Shown here: positions 28,879 through 39,197 of the stretch, piece after piece | Numbering within the stretch: position 1 is the stretch's first letter | How the letters are laid out: each line of letters starts with the position of its first letter | Source of the DNA: an uncultured Elusimicrobiales bacterium | GTDB lineage: Bacteria > Elusimicrobiota > Elusimicrobia > Elusimicrobiales > Elusimicrobiaceae | Direction: 5' to 3' | Assembly (NCBI GenBank): GCA_944324695.1 | Contig: CALUXH010000015.1 | Span: forward strand, 1-46,559 | DNA length: 46,559 nt | The notes under the pieces: model-generated | Told to the model about the DNA's origin: nothing | What the model saw: only the letters and a program-made list of their open reading frames with translations | Databases searched by the model: none | Program-made: the position numbers and the translations under genes

Positions 28879-30330
28879 ATGTTTTCGCGCGTGCTTGATT
28901 TTGCCGCGTCCCGCGGGCTGACTCTGACGGGGCTGACTTATAATTCCGCCGAAGTGCGGCCGGGATACGCTTTTTTTGCGCTTAAAGGCGTGCACCATGA
29001 CGGCAACGCGTTTATACCGGATGCGCTGCAAAAAGGCGCGGCGCTGATTGTGTCGGTCCGGCCGGCTGCGGCGGGCTGCGGCGCGGCGTATTTCCAGTCC
29101 GACGATATGGACAAAGACATGGCCGACGCAGCCTATGCGTTTTACGGCCGTCCTTCGGACGGTTTAAACGTCACGGGCGTAACGGGCACGAAAGGAAAAA
29201 CAAGCATTGCCTATCTGGCTGAAGCCGCCCTGGCACATGCGGGCAAAAAAGTGTCCGTATTGGGCACGGTCAATTATCGCATTAACGGCCGCGTTGTGCA
29301 GGATGCGCCGAACACCACGCCGTTGGCTTTGCCTTTGTTTAAGCTGTTAAAGCAGATGAAAGACGCGCAAACCGACGCGCTGGTTATGGAAGTGTCTTCG
29401 CATTCACTGGAGCAGCAGCGCGTGCGGCATATTCATTTTGACACGGCGGTATTTACCAATTTGCAACGGGACCATTTGGATTTCCACCATACGTTTGAAA
29501 ATTATTTTGCCGCCAAGAGAAAATTGTTTGAGGAACTGCTGTCTCCGCAGAATACCAAACCGCATAAAACCGCCGTTATCAATGCAGATGACCCCTACGG
29601 CCGCCAGCTGATAGATATGCTCAAAGGCAAAGTGCGTCTGCTGACTTACGGACTGGAAACGGAGGCGGATTACAAAGCCGCGGACATCAAAGAGAGCCTG
29701 CACGGCACCCAATTTACGGTAAACGGACAGGGCGGGAAAATTAATCTGTTGGGCCGGCACAATGTATATAATGCGCTGGCCGCGCTGTGTATTGCCAAGG
29801 CCAACGGCATACATGAAAAAGATGCGCTGGCGGGACTGGCGGCTTTGCCCGGCGTGCCCGGCCGCATGGAACGCATAGACGAAGGACAGGACTTTTTTGT
29901 ATTTGTGGACTTTGCCTATACCGACGAGTCTTTGCAGCGCGCCTATCAAACCGTGAAACATTTTCAAAAAGGACGTATTATTACGGTATTTGGCTGCGGC
30001 GGCGACCGCGACCGCACCAAACGTCCGCTGATGGGGCGTACGGCCTGTCAAAACAGTGATTTGGTTTTCCTGACCAACGACAATCCGCGCACCGAAGACC
30101 CGAAACGGATTTTTGCCGACATTCAAGAGGGCATGGACGGATTTTCTAATTACGAAGTGGAGCCGGACCGCCGCGCGGCCATTTTCAAAGCCGTAAACGC
30201 CGCGCGCAAAGACGATATCGTCATCATCGCGGGCAAAGGCCATGAACAAACGCAAAAAATAGGACATGAAGTATTGCCTTTTTCGGATCAGCAAACGGTG
30301 AGAGAGGCCGTTAGGGGGAAATATGTTTAA
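28879..30330 (+). CDS. murE: UDP-MurNAc-dipeptide:meso-DAP ligase
   Basis: TGTKGKT, MEVSSH, FGCGGDRD, DNPR (DAP specificity), AGKGHE. Confidence 0.96.
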   Translation: MFSRVLDFAASRGLTLTGLTYNSAEVRPGYAFFALKGVHHDGNAFIPDALQKGAALIVSVRPAAAGCGAAYFQSDDMDKDMADAAYAFYGRPSDGLNVTGVTGTKGKTSIAYLAEAALAHAGKKVSVLGTVNYRINGRVVQDAPNTTPLALPLFKLLKQMKDAQTDALVMEVSSHSLEQQRVRHIHFDTAVFTNLQRDHLDFHHTFENYFAAKRKLFEELLSPQNTKPHKTAVINADDPYGRQLIDMLKGKVRLLTYGLETEADYKAADIKESLHGTQFTVNGQGGKINLLGRHNVYNALAALCIAKANGIHEKDALAGLAALPGVPGRMERIDEGQDFFVFVDFAYTDESLQRAYQTVKHFQKGRIITVFGCGGDRDRTKRPLMGRTACQNSDLVFLTNDNPRTEDPKRIFADIQEGMDGFSNYEVEPDRRAAIFKAVNAARKDDIVIIAGKGHEQTQKIGHEVLPFSDQQTVREAVRGKYV

Positions 30331-31711
30331 GCCGGAAAGATTTACGGGCAAAAAAGCCTGCGTATTGGGGCTGGGGCGCAGCGGCCGGCAAGCCGCGGCT
30401 TTGCTCATACGCCATGGGTTTAACGTGCTGGTCAGCGAGGAGCACCGCCTGCCCGACGTGGCCGCTTTGGGGCTGCCGCCGCAGGCGGAAGTGGAAACCG
30501 GCGGCCACAGCGAAAAAGTGTTTGCTTGTGGGTTTATCGTCAAAAGCCCGGGTATTTTGCCCAACAGCCCGGTGCTTAAAGAAGCGCGCAGGCGCAAAAT
30601 CCCCGTGTTTTCGGAGCTGGAAGTGGCGTTGGCTTTTGCGCCCAAAAGCGTTACCGTGCTGGCCGTCAGCGGTACCAACGGGAAAACGACCACCACGGCC
30701 CTTTTGGGGGAAATTTTAAAAGAATATTGCGTGCGTTTGTCCCCGCGCAAACGGGTGTTTGTGGCGGGCAATATCGGCGCGCCGGTGTCCGCCTGCGTCG
30801 ATGAACTGAAAAAAGGCGATTTTTTGGTGTTGGAAGTGTCCAGTTACCAGCTGGAGGACAGCACTTTCTTCCGCCCCAAAGTGGCGTGTCTGCTCAATAT
30901 TACGCCGGACCATTTGGAGCACCACGGCGGCATGGAAAAGTATGTAAAAGCCAAAGCCCGTCTGTTTAAGAACCAGCGCAGCAATGATTTTGCCGTTTTA
31001 AACGGCGGGGATGATTATTGCGCCGCTTTGGCCGGACGTTTGAAAGCTTCTTTAAGCGCCTTTTCCGCCAAACCCAGCCACCCGTTGAAAACGGATGTGT
31101 TTTTTGACGGGGATGAAATTATTTTCAGCCAGGGGCACCGGTTGCGGCCTCCTAAGTTAAAAGGGATACACAATATAGAAAATGCCATGGCCGCCGCCCT
31201 GTGTGCGCTGGCCGTCCGCGTGCCAGCCTGTATTATTCAAATAGTGTTTAATCGTTTTGAAGCCATGGAACACCGCATAGAACCCTTTGCCTATCACCGC
31301 GGGGTGGTGTACGTTAATGATTCCAAAGCTACGAACTTGGATTCCACCGTCATCGCGTTGAAATCTTTTGACAAAACGCCGCATATTTGGCTGATTTTGG
31401 GCGGCAGGGACAAAGGCGCTTCTTATGAAGTCTTGCTCCCCTATCTGAAGCTCTACTGTAAGGAAGTGTTCAGCATAGGAGAATGTATGGATAAAATAGA
31501 GCGCGAGCTCAAAGGGGAGTTCCCTATTACGCGCTGCGGCACGCTGCCGCGCGCGGTGGATGAAGCTTTTTCCAAGGCGCAAAAAGGAGATGTGGTGTTG
31601 TTGTCTCCTGCATGTGCGTCTTTTGATCAGTTTAAAGATTTTGAAGAACGCGGCCGCGTGTTCAAAAAGCTGGTAACGGACCGCGTGCGCAGCGAGCGGA
31701 CCGGCAAGTAA
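30323..31711 (+). CDS. murD: UDP-MurNAc-L-Ala:D-Glu ligase
   Basis: GLGRSG, KSPGI, GTNGKTTT, EVSSYQL, NDSKATN, SPACASFDQF. Confidence 0.97.
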   Translation: MFKPERFTGKKACVLGLGRSGRQAAALLIRHGFNVLVSEEHRLPDVAALGLPPQAEVETGGHSEKVFACGFIVKSPGILPNSPVLKEARRRKIPVFSELEVALAFAPKSVTVLAVSGTNGKTTTTALLGEILKEYCVRLSPRKRVFVAGNIGAPVSACVDELKKGDFLVLEVSSYQLEDSTFFRPKVACLLNITPDHLEHHGGMEKYVKAKARLFKNQRSNDFAVLNGGDDYCAALAGRLKASLSAFSAKPSHPLKTDVFFDGDEIIFSQGHRLRPPKLKGIHNIENAMAAALCALAVRVPACIIQIVFNRFEAMEHRIEPFAYHRGVVYVNDSKATNLDSTVIALKSFDKTPHIWLILGGRDKGASYEVLLPYLKLYCKEVFSIGECMDKIERELKGEFPITRCGTLPRAVDEAFSKAQKGDVVLLSPACASFDQFKDFEERGRVFKKLVTDRVRSERTGK

Positions 31712-31794
31712 TCAACGCCGCGCCAGGCATATGCTGTCTCCGGTCTGCCGGCCTGCCGGGACGGGGCTCGGAGCGGGGCATGCACGGAAAGGGC

Positions 31795-31828
31795 TTGCAT
31801 TGTTTTTTTTTTTTGATAAATTTTGTTC
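31795..31828 (+). promoter_or_regulatory. Pilin promoter with T12 homopolymer in the -35/-10 spacer (putative phase-variable switch)
   Basis: TTGCAT(31795-31800), 16-nt spacer with T12 (31803-31814), TAAATT(31817-31822), 6 nt, ATG(31829). Confidence 0.75.
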
Positions 31829-31850
31829 ATGAACAAAATTTATCAAAAAA
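31809..31850. repeat. Perfect 42-bp palindrome centred on the pilin start codon
   Basis: ttttttgataaattttgttca|tgaacaaaatttatcaaaaaa; both strands translate MFMNKIYQK. Confidence 0.95.
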
Positions 31851-32458
31851 CATATCCGGCGAATAAAAACCCCTCTAAAAGCATTTTAGGCGGTTTTGTC
31901 TGTCACGCGGTTTCGGGGCTTTTTTACTCATGCTCCCGTCGCTCTGTGTTAAATCCGCCCGGCTTTACGCTGATAGAGCTTTTGGTGGTGGTTTTGATTA
32001 TCGGCATATTGGCCGCCATAGCCGTGCCTCAATATCAGGTGGCAGTGATGAAATCCCGCGCTGCCGAGCTTCTTATTAACGTCAAGGCGGCCCGCCAAGC
32101 CTCCGATGTATATTATATGGCCAATGGTGTTCGGCCCACCAGCTGGCTGGATTTGGATGTGTCCATCCCCTATGAAAAATTATCCGATGACGGTGGACTG
32201 AACACCAAAGAAAACGGGGAGCTGACTGCGCCCGGAGGAAATATATATGTCCTGGATGTGGACGGATACATAGGGGGACGCCTGCCGAACTTTTCTCTGC
32301 AAATATCTTCCCACTATGCGACAAACAGCCTTTTCAGAGGCAAATTTGTCTGTCGGGCCCGGACAAAAAATAAAGCGGCCAATCAAGCCTGTATTTCTTT
32401 GGGCGGGGTGTATACCGGGCAACACGGCACGGACACGAACGTGTATGCCATTGATTGA
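31829..32458 (+). CDS. Type IV pilin (PilE-like) with long (45 aa) leader
   Basis: G|FTLIELLVVVLIIGILAAIAVPQY N-methylation motif; C-terminal Cys pair. Confidence 0.92.
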   Translation: MNKIYQKTYPANKNPSKSILGGFVCHAVSGLFYSCSRRSVLNPPGFTLIELLVVVLIIGILAAIAVPQYQVAVMKSRAAELLINVKAARQASDVYYMANGVRPTSWLDLDVSIPYEKLSDDGGLNTKENGELTAPGGNIYVLDVDGYIGGRLPNFSLQISSHYATNSLFRGKFVCRARTKNKAANQACISLGGVYTGQHGTDTNVYAID

Positions 32459-32527
32459 CAGGCCCCTCTTGACTGGCGCAGAAATAAATAGCACAATGAA
32501 AGTATCTTATTTTATGGGAGGGGTGCG

Positions 32528-33247
32528 ATGAAGAAAAGTTTGCTGTTTTTGGCCGCGCTGGCTGTTTCTTCGGCTCTATGCGCACAGGAAAACCAAAATT
32601 TTGGCCGTGAAGACGTACTGGCCGCTTTTAAAGAATATAATCCCGCCGCTTTGGAAAAAGCGGCCCAAAACCCGGCATATAATGATTTGTTAAATAAAGT
32701 AGCCGCCGCTTACTCCGCCCCGCGCACCGATGCGAACCAGAATGAACTGATTGCGATGGTGAAAAATTTTGACAATTCCATCCGCCTGCAGGCCGCCCGG
32801 GAAGAATATTTCAACGGGCGCACGCTTCAGGTGATGTCCGGAGAAGAAATAAATGCGCTGGATCAGCGCGTTACCTCCCAGCTGGTGGAAGTGGTGCAAG
32901 GCGTGTTTGACAATACGCTGGAAGTAAAAAATATCCAGATTAAACGCTATAAAGACCAGCTGAAAGCGGTCAAAAAAGACGACGCTCTGTCCAAAGAACA
33001 GAAAAAATCCGCCGAGGCGGATTTAAAGGCCCGTATTAAAACGGTCAAAGCGGAAATCAAAGCGTTAAAGAAAAACTCTCAACAGAAAATACAGGATACG
33101 GCTTCGGTGTATTTTTCCGAAATTCGCTCCGACTATTCCGACTGGCAGGAGGCGCAGTTGCAGCAGGCCCGGGCCAAGGAATTACAGGCTCTTCAGACCG
33201 CCGCGCATGATGTAAAAGCCGACAATAAAAAACCCGTCGCTAAATAA
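32528..33247 (+). CDS. Secreted coiled-coil hypothetical protein
   Basis: Signal peptide (..SALCA), ggagg RBS, helical K/Q/A-rich body; upstream TTGACT-17-CACAAT. Confidence 0.8.
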   Translation: MKKSLLFLAALAVSSALCAQENQNFGREDVLAAFKEYNPAALEKAAQNPAYNDLLNKVAAAYSAPRTDANQNELIAMVKNFDNSIRLQAAREEYFNGRTLQVMSGEEINALDQRVTSQLVEVVQGVFDNTLEVKNIQIKRYKDQLKAVKKDDALSKEQKKSAEADLKARIKTVKAEIKALKKNSQQKIQDTASVYFSEIRSDYSDWQEAQLQQARAKELQALQTAAHDVKADNKKPVAK

Positions 33248-33260
33248 CTTTCCCTGTAGG

Positions 33261-33305
33261 ACTGCGCCCTGCGGCGGCTTTGGCCGCTCGGGGCGCAGTT
33301 TCTTT
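33261..33305 (+). terminator. Intrinsic terminator
   Basis: actgcgccc...gggcgcagt stem followed by ttcttt. Confidence 0.75.
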
Positions 33306-33399
33306 ATGTCCAAAAGTTGCAGTCCCGTTGCATAAATTGATTTAATGTAACCAAAGGCTTTCCGGCCTCCTATTTTTTAATGATACAGGATGTATATTT

Positions 33400-36015
33400 A
33401 TGATTAGAATGGTAATAGACAAAGTTTTCGGCACCAAAAGCGAACGCGACCTCAAAAAAATCCAACATTATGTAGATGAAGCCAACGCCCTCTCCCCGCA
33501 AATGGAAGCGCTTTCCGACGAGCAGTTAAAAGCCAAAACGCAGCAGTTTAAAGACCGCCTGGCCAAAGGGGAAACCCTGGACGACTTGCTTTCGGAAGCC
33601 TTTGCCGTGGTGCGGGAGGCCGCCAAACGCGTCATCGGCCTGCGGCCCTATGACGTACAGCTGCTGGGCGGCATTGTGCTGCACCAGGGCAAAATCGCCG
33701 AAATGGGCACCGGTGAAGGTAAAACGCTGGTGGCCGTATTGCCTTCTTATTTAAACGCTTTGACGGGCAAAGGCGTACATGTGGTGACGGTCAACGATTA
33801 TCTGGCCCGACGCGACCGCCAGTGGATGGGGCCCATCCATGAATTTCTGGGCTTGACCGTAGGCTATATTAATCATGATATGGCCAATGATGAGCGCCGT
33901 GAAATGTACGCCAAAGACATTACCTATGTGACCAATAATGAACTGGGCTTTGACTATTTGCGTGACAACATGGTTATCACCCGTCAGGACCGCGTGCTTC
34001 GCCCGTTGAACTACTGCATCGTAGACGAAGTGGACTCCATTTTAATTGATGAGGCCCGCACCCCGCTGATTATTTCCGGTCCTTCGGAACAGAGCACGGA
34101 CAAATATTACATCGTCAACCGGCTGATTCCGTCGCTCAAAGTGCGTATGATTACGGAAAATGACGAAGTCAAAGCCAAGTACGAGCATATTGACCTGGCC
34201 CAGGGATATGACGCCATCGTGGATGAAAAAAACCACACCGCCACGCTGACGGAAACGGGCATTGCCAAGGCGGAGAAGTTTTTAAACGTGCCCAATCTGT
34301 ACAATGACGTGGAATCGGAATGGGTGCACCATATCAACCAGGCCTTGCGTGCACACCATTTGTATGAAAAAGACGTGGATTATGTGGTCAAAAACGGCGA
34401 AGTGATTATCGTGGACGAATTTACGGGCCGTTTGATGCCCGGCCGCCGCTGGAGCGACGGTCTGCACCAGGCCGTGGAAGCCAAAGAAGGCCTGCAGATT
34501 AAAGAAGAAAACCAGACGCTGGCCACCATTACGTTTCAGAATTTCTTTAAACTTTACAAAAAGCTCTCCGGCATGACCGGTACGGCCATGACGGAGGCCA
34601 ATGAGTTTTGGCAGATTTACAAGCTGGACGTGGTGGAAATCCGTCCCAACAAGCCTTCGCGCCGGAAAGACTATCCGGATCTGGTATTTTTGACGGAAAA
34701 AGATAAATTTAACGCCATTGTGGATGAGATAGAAGCGTTATGGAAAAAGGGCGCTCCGGTGTTGGTGGGTACGCGCTCTATTGAAAAATCCGAAAAACTG
34801 GGCAATATGCTTCGCGCCAAAGGCATCCCGCATAAAGTATTAAACGCCAAATACCATGAAATGGAGGCGCAAATCATCAGCCAGGCGGGCCGCAAAGGGG
34901 CTGTTACGATAGCCACGAATATGGCCGGCCGCGGTACCGATATCGTGCTGGGCGGCAATCCGGCCGACAAAGCGGAACAAGAATACGTGATTGGACAAGG
35001 CGGGCTGCATGTGCTGGGAACGGAACGGCACGAAAGCCGCCGTATTGACAATCAGCTGCGCGGCCGCTGTGCGCGCCAAGGGGATCCGGGCAGCTCCCGT
35101 TTTTATATCTCTTTGGAAGACGAGCTGATGCGTCTGTTTGCCAACACGGCTAAAATCAGCTCTATTTTAAGCACGCTGGGCATGAAGCCCGGAGAGGCTA
35201 TTGAATCGCGCTTGATGAGCCGTCAAATTGAAAGCGCGCAACGCATGGTGGAAGGGCATAACTTTGACATCCGCAAACATTTGCTGGATTACGACAAAGT
35301 CATGAACCAGCAGCGCACCGCCATATACGGTCTGCGCAACGCCATTTTGGACGGCGAAGACATGACCAGCACCGTGCTGAAAATGATTGACGAAGTGGTG
35401 GAAGAGATTGTGCAAACGCATTATGTGCCGCGCGATCCCGCCAAAAGCAATTTTGAAACCCTCAACGTTACATTGCGCTCCCTTTTCCCGTATGCGTTTG
35501 ATTACAATGCGGAAAATACGGAAGGAAAAACCCGAGAGGCTCTGTCGGAAGAAATCGTCAAACTGGTGGAAAAACTCTACCATGAACGGGCGGACTTCTT
35601 TGCCAGTCAGGGGGTCAATTTTCCGGAATTGGAGCGTATGCTTTTGTTGCAGATCATAGACAATGCCTGGAAACAGAATTTGTATGAACTGGACCAGTTG
35701 CAAAGCAGCGTCAGCCTGCGCGGCTATGCCCAAAAAGACCCGTTGATTGAGTACCAGAAAGAAGCGTATAAACTGTACAGCGCCATGATGAATAAAGTGC
35801 GTGATTTGATGGTGGGATATATTTTCCGCCTGCAGTTGCCGCCGGTGCGCCAGGCTGTTTCGCCCCGGCGTCAGGCCGCCGCTCAACCGGAACACGGGCA
35901 GAAATCCTCTGCAACGAAGCAAGAGGTTCCCGCCAATCACAAAATCGGGCGCAATGATCCCTGCCCTTGCGGCAGCGGCAAAAAATATAAAAAATGTTGC
36001 GGAGCCAAATTATGA
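33400..36015 (+). CDS. secA: Preprotein translocase ATPase SecA
   Basis: MGTGEGKT, DEVDSILIDEARTPLIISG, ATNMAGRGTDI, SEC-C GRNDPCPCGSGKKYKKCC. Confidence 0.99.
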   Translation: MIRMVIDKVFGTKSERDLKKIQHYVDEANALSPQMEALSDEQLKAKTQQFKDRLAKGETLDDLLSEAFAVVREAAKRVIGLRPYDVQLLGGIVLHQGKIAEMGTGEGKTLVAVLPSYLNALTGKGVHVVTVNDYLARRDRQWMGPIHEFLGLTVGYINHDMANDERREMYAKDITYVTNNELGFDYLRDNMVITRQDRVLRPLNYCIVDEVDSILIDEARTPLIISGPSEQSTDKYYIVNRLIPSLKVRMITENDEVKAKYEHIDLAQGYDAIVDEKNHTATLTETGIAKAEKFLNVPNLYNDVESEWVHHINQALRAHHLYEKDVDYVVKNGEVIIVDEFTGRLMPGRRWSDGLHQAVEAKEGLQIKEENQTLATITFQNFFKLYKKLSGMTGTAMTEANEFWQIYKLDVVEIRPNKPSRRKDYPDLVFLTEKDKFNAIVDEIEALWKKGAPVLVGTRSIEKSEKLGNMLRAKGIPHKVLNAKYHEMEAQIISQAGRKGAVTIATNMAGRGTDIVLGGNPADKAEQEYVIGQGGLHVLGTERHESRRIDNQLRGRCARQGDPGSSRFYISLEDELMRLFANTAKISSILSTLGMKPGEAIESRLMSRQIESAQRMVEGHNFDIRKHLLDYDKVMNQQRTAIYGLRNAILDGEDMTSTVLKMIDEVVEEIVQTHYVPRDPAKSNFETLNVTLRSLFPYAFDYNAENTEGKTREALSEEIVKLVEKLYHERADFFASQGVNFPELERMLLLQIIDNAWKQNLYELDQLQSSVSLRGYAQKDPLIEYQKEAYKLYSAMMNKVRDLMVGYIFRLQLPPVRQAVSPRRQAAAQPEHGQKSSATKQEVPANHKIGRNDPCPCGSGKKYKKCCGAKL

Positions 36016-36467
36016 TTCAAAAAATAAAAGGGCTGTTTTTGTTGTTATGCACGGCAGGAGTCCTGGTGCTGGCGGCATCATTTTTTTCCCGGGCAAAGCC
36101 TATTGAAGCGCAAATGCCCCTGCTAACCGTCCAAATGGTGCAAGAAAACCAGGCCCAGCTGAAAAGCGCCGAAGAGCAGCGGCAACATGCCGCCGCTGCG
36201 CGCAAACGCGCTGAGATGGAAGTGCGCGTGCGTCAATGTACGGCAGACGAGCAGTGTATTATCGTGGACAGAGACCCTTGCGGGTGTCTGAAAGGCCCGG
36301 AAGGGGTAACGGCGATTAACTCTTCCATGACGTTGGAATTTTCGCAGTTGGTTCAGGCTGAAACATCCGGCTCTACGGTGTGCCCGTCCGTTGGTTCTAC
36401 GGAGAAGGAATGTTCCGCCACGGCCCGCGCGGTCTGCCGCCAAAACGCCTGTACGATTGTATACTGA
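36012..36467 (+). CDS. Membrane-anchored protein with 8-Cys C-terminal domain
   Basis: N-terminal TM, coiled linker, CTADEQC..CGC..C..C..C..C; ATGA overlap with secA stop. Confidence 0.75.
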   Translation: MIQKIKGLFLLLCTAGVLVLAASFFSRAKPIEAQMPLLTVQMVQENQAQLKSAEEQRQHAAAARKRAEMEVRVRQCTADEQCIIVDRDPCGCLKGPEGVTAINSSMTLEFSQLVQAETSGSTVCPSVGSTEKECSATARAVCRQNACTIVY

Positions 36468-36469
36468 TT

Positions 36470-38092
36470 ATGAGTCCTTTCTTCCGTCCCTATTTGCGGG
36501 AAGCCCCCGCCGAAGAAACCTCGCGCGTGTGGGGGTTTTTGGCGCGGCTGGCGATGGGGGCTGCAAAGATTCTCTTTTTGGTCGTTTGCGCCTGCGCAAC
36601 GGCTTTTTTGTTTAAAGCGGCCTATCCTAAGCCTTCTTACAGTCTGCTGATGTGGCTGGCTTTGGCGCCGTTTACGCTGGCGGTGGTGCGCCTGCGCGGG
36701 TTTTGGAGCAGTTTCTTTTATTCCTGGCTGACGGGCGTATTGGTTTTTGCGGGACTGTATTACTGGGTATATGTTACCTGTCTGTATGGCGGCGGCATGA
36801 CCCCCGTGCTTTCGGCCGCGGCGTGGTTGGGGCTGGCCGCGGTGATGGCCCTGCAGTTTGCCGTTTTCGGCGGAAGCTGTTTTTACCTCAAACGGCTGCA
36901 CTGGGCCTTCCCGGTGTTGGCCGCACTGGGCTGGACGGCGCTGGAGTGGGCCCATGAAATGTTGGCCTCGTATGCGTTGGGATTTCCGTGGTTTACGCTG
37001 GGATATTCTCAGTGGAATTTGCCGCAGATCATTCAGGTGGCGGGCGTAGCGGGGACGGCGGGTGTCAGCTGTCTGGTGGCTTTCTGCGGCGTTAGCGTCG
37101 GGTATGCGTTTGCCACGCCTTCTTTAAGGCGCGGTGTCGGGCAGATGCTTTTGGCGGCGGCGGTATTTTTGGGGGCTTACGGTTATGGGGCTTTTGTCCT
37201 CTCCCGGGAGCCGTCGCATTCGCTGCTGTCCCTGCGTGCTGCGGTGTTGCAGCCCAATATCGACCAGTATAAAAAATGGTCGCCGGAGTTTGAACAGGAA
37301 ATTTTAAACACCCTTTCCAAAATGGGTGCGCAGCTGGACGGGAAAAACATTATGCTGGCCGTTTGGCCCGAAAGCGTCACCCCCGGGCCGGTACAGCAGG
37401 AGCCGTATGCTTCGCTGATACAAAACATAGCGCAGTCCAGCGACGCCTGGCAGCTGGCGGGCTCCAACCGTGCCGAAAACGGCAAGCAGTATGTCAGCGC
37501 GTTTTTATTTTCCCCTTCGGGAACGGAACTTTCTTGGTATGATAAAACGCATCTGGTGCCTTTTGGCGAATATATCCCTTTTGAACGGGCCGTGCGCGGT
37601 CTTTTGCCGAATGTGGAGGTGCTGGGGGAGCTGGGTTCTTTTTCCGCCGGAGAGTGGGAGCAGCCGCTGCTGCAAATGGGTCAAATTCCTTTCGGGCAGA
37701 CTATTTGTTATGAATCCGTTTTTTCGCGTTTATGGAAAGCGCAGACCAGAGCCGGCGCGCGCTTCTTTGTAAATATTACCAATGACGCGTGGTTTTTTGA
37801 TACGGACGCGCCGTACCAGCACTTGGCCGTATCCGTGCTGCGCGCGGCGGAAACGCGCCGTCCCGTCCTGCGCGCGGCCAACACCGGCATATCGGCCGTG
37901 ATTTCCGCCTCCGGCGAAATTTTGGCTCGCGCCGAGCTTAACACCCGCGCCATACTGACGGCTGACGTGCCGCTGCCGCTGGACGCGCATGAAAGCTTTT
38001 TCGTGCGCTGGGGCGATTGGTTTTCCTGGGTGTGCGCGGCGATTTATTTTACCATTCTTATTTCCGTGATGGTGTTTGCTTATGAATATTGA
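36470..38092 (+). CDS. lnt: Apolipoprotein N-acyltransferase
   Basis: [49 protein letters not shown]. Confidence 0.96.
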   Translation: MSPFFRPYLREAPAEETSRVWGFLARLAMGAAKILFLVVCACATAFLFKAAYPKPSYSLLMWLALAPFTLAVVRLRGFWSSFFYSWLTGVLVFAGLYYWVYVTCLYGGGMTPVLSAAAWLGLAAVMALQFAVFGGSCFYLKRLHWAFPVLAALGWTALEWAHEMLASYALGFPWFTLGYSQWNLPQIIQVAGVAGTAGVSCLVAFCGVSVGYAFATPSLRRGVGQMLLAAAVFLGAYGYGAFVLSREPSHSLLSLRAAVLQPNIDQYKKWSPEFEQEILNTLSKMGAQLDGKNIMLAVWPESVTPGPVQQEPYASLIQNIAQSSDAWQLAGSNRAENGKQYVSAFLFSPSGTELSWYDKTHLVPFGEYIPFERAVRGLLPNVEVLGELGSFSAGEWEQPLLQMGQIPFGQTICYESVFSRLWKAQTRAGARFFVNITNDAWFFDTDAPYQHLAVSVLRAAETRRPVLRAANTGISAVISASGEILARAELNTRAILTADVPLPLDAHESFFVRWGDWFSWVCAAIYFTILISVMVFAYEY

Positions 38093-39197
38093 ATTTAAAG
38101 ATATAGAAAACGCGCTGGAAGCATTAACCGCGCGTATACAGAAAATCGGGCAGATGGAAAATATCCCGGCGAAGCAAAAGGAACTTTCCGAGCAGGAAGC
38201 CCTGGCCGCGGCGCCGGATTTTTGGAATGACAACCAAAAAGCCAAAACCGTTACGCAAAAAATAGACGGTTTAAAAAGCTCCATAGAAACTTACCATTCT
38301 TTAAACAAACAACTGGAGGACGCACAGACTTTGTATGACTTGGCGCGCGAAATGCAGGACGAAAACGAGCTGCCTGTGCTGGACGGCGCACTAAAAGAGC
38401 TGGAAAAACAGGTGGAGAAAAAAGAATTTGAAATTACGCTTTCGGACCCGCACGACAAATTGCGCGCCATTTTAACCGTACACGCGGGGGCCGGCGGCAC
38501 CGAATCGTGCGACTGGGCCCAAATGCTGCTGCGCATGTACACGCGCTGGGCCGAACAACACGGCATGAAAGTGTCCATCACCGACACCCTGCCCGGAGAA
38601 GAAGCCGGCATTAAAAATGCGTCTATGATTATAGAAGGCCCGTACGCTTACGGATATTTAAAAGGCGAAAACGGCGTACACCGCCTGGTGCGCGTATCCC
38701 CTTTTGACGCCAATGCGCGGCGGCATACTTCTTTTGCGTCCGTGGACGTATTGCCGGATATTGAAGAAGACATCAATATAGAAATCCCGGAAAGTGACAT
38801 TGAGCTGGAAACTTCCCGCGCCGGCGGGCATGGGGGGCAAAACGTAAACAAGGTGGAAACCGCCGTGCGCTTGCTGCACAAGCCTACGGGCATTGTGGTG
38901 TCTTGCCGCATAGAGCGCAGTCAGCTGCAAAACCGACAGACAGCTATGAAAATGTTAAAAGCGCGTTTGTATGAAATGGAAATGGACAAAAAACGCGCCG
39001 AAGCCGAAAAACGCTATGGACAAAAAGGCGAAATAGCCTGGGGACACCAAATCCGCTCTTACGTGTTTATGCCGTACCAGCTGGTCAAAGATTTGCGTAC
39101 GGATTACGAAACTTCCAATATTACCGGCGTGATGGACGGGGATTTGGATCCGTTTATCTTTGCCTATTTGCGCCATGAAGCCGAGCGCAAAGCATGA
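38082..39197 (+). CDS. prfB: Peptide chain release factor 2 (continuous ORF)
   Basis: [19 protein letters not shown] (SPF), [12 protein letters not shown]. Confidence 0.97.
   Translation: MNIEFKDIENALEALTARIQKIGQMENIPAKQKELSEQEALAAAPDFWNDNQKAKTVTQKIDGLKSSIETYHSLNKQLEDAQTLYDLAREMQDENELPVLDGALKELEKQVEKKEFEITLSDPHDKLRAILTVHAGAGGTESCDWAQMLLRMYTRWAEQHGMKVSITDTLPGEEAGIKNASMIIEGPYAYGYLKGENGVHRLVRVSPFDANARRHTSFASVDVLPDIEEDINIEIPESDIELETSRAGGHGGQNVNKVETAVRLLHKPTGIVVSCRIERSQLQNRQTAMKMLKARLYEMEMDKKRAEAEKRYGQKGEIAWGHQIRSYVFMPYQLVKDLRTDYETSNITGVMDGDLDPFIFAYLRHEAERKA

Noticed and set aside
31627-31836. Minus-strand ORF MFMNKIYQKKKT..
   Set aside because: It is a by-product of the 42-bp palindrome, overlaps the murD end, and has no recognisable domain.
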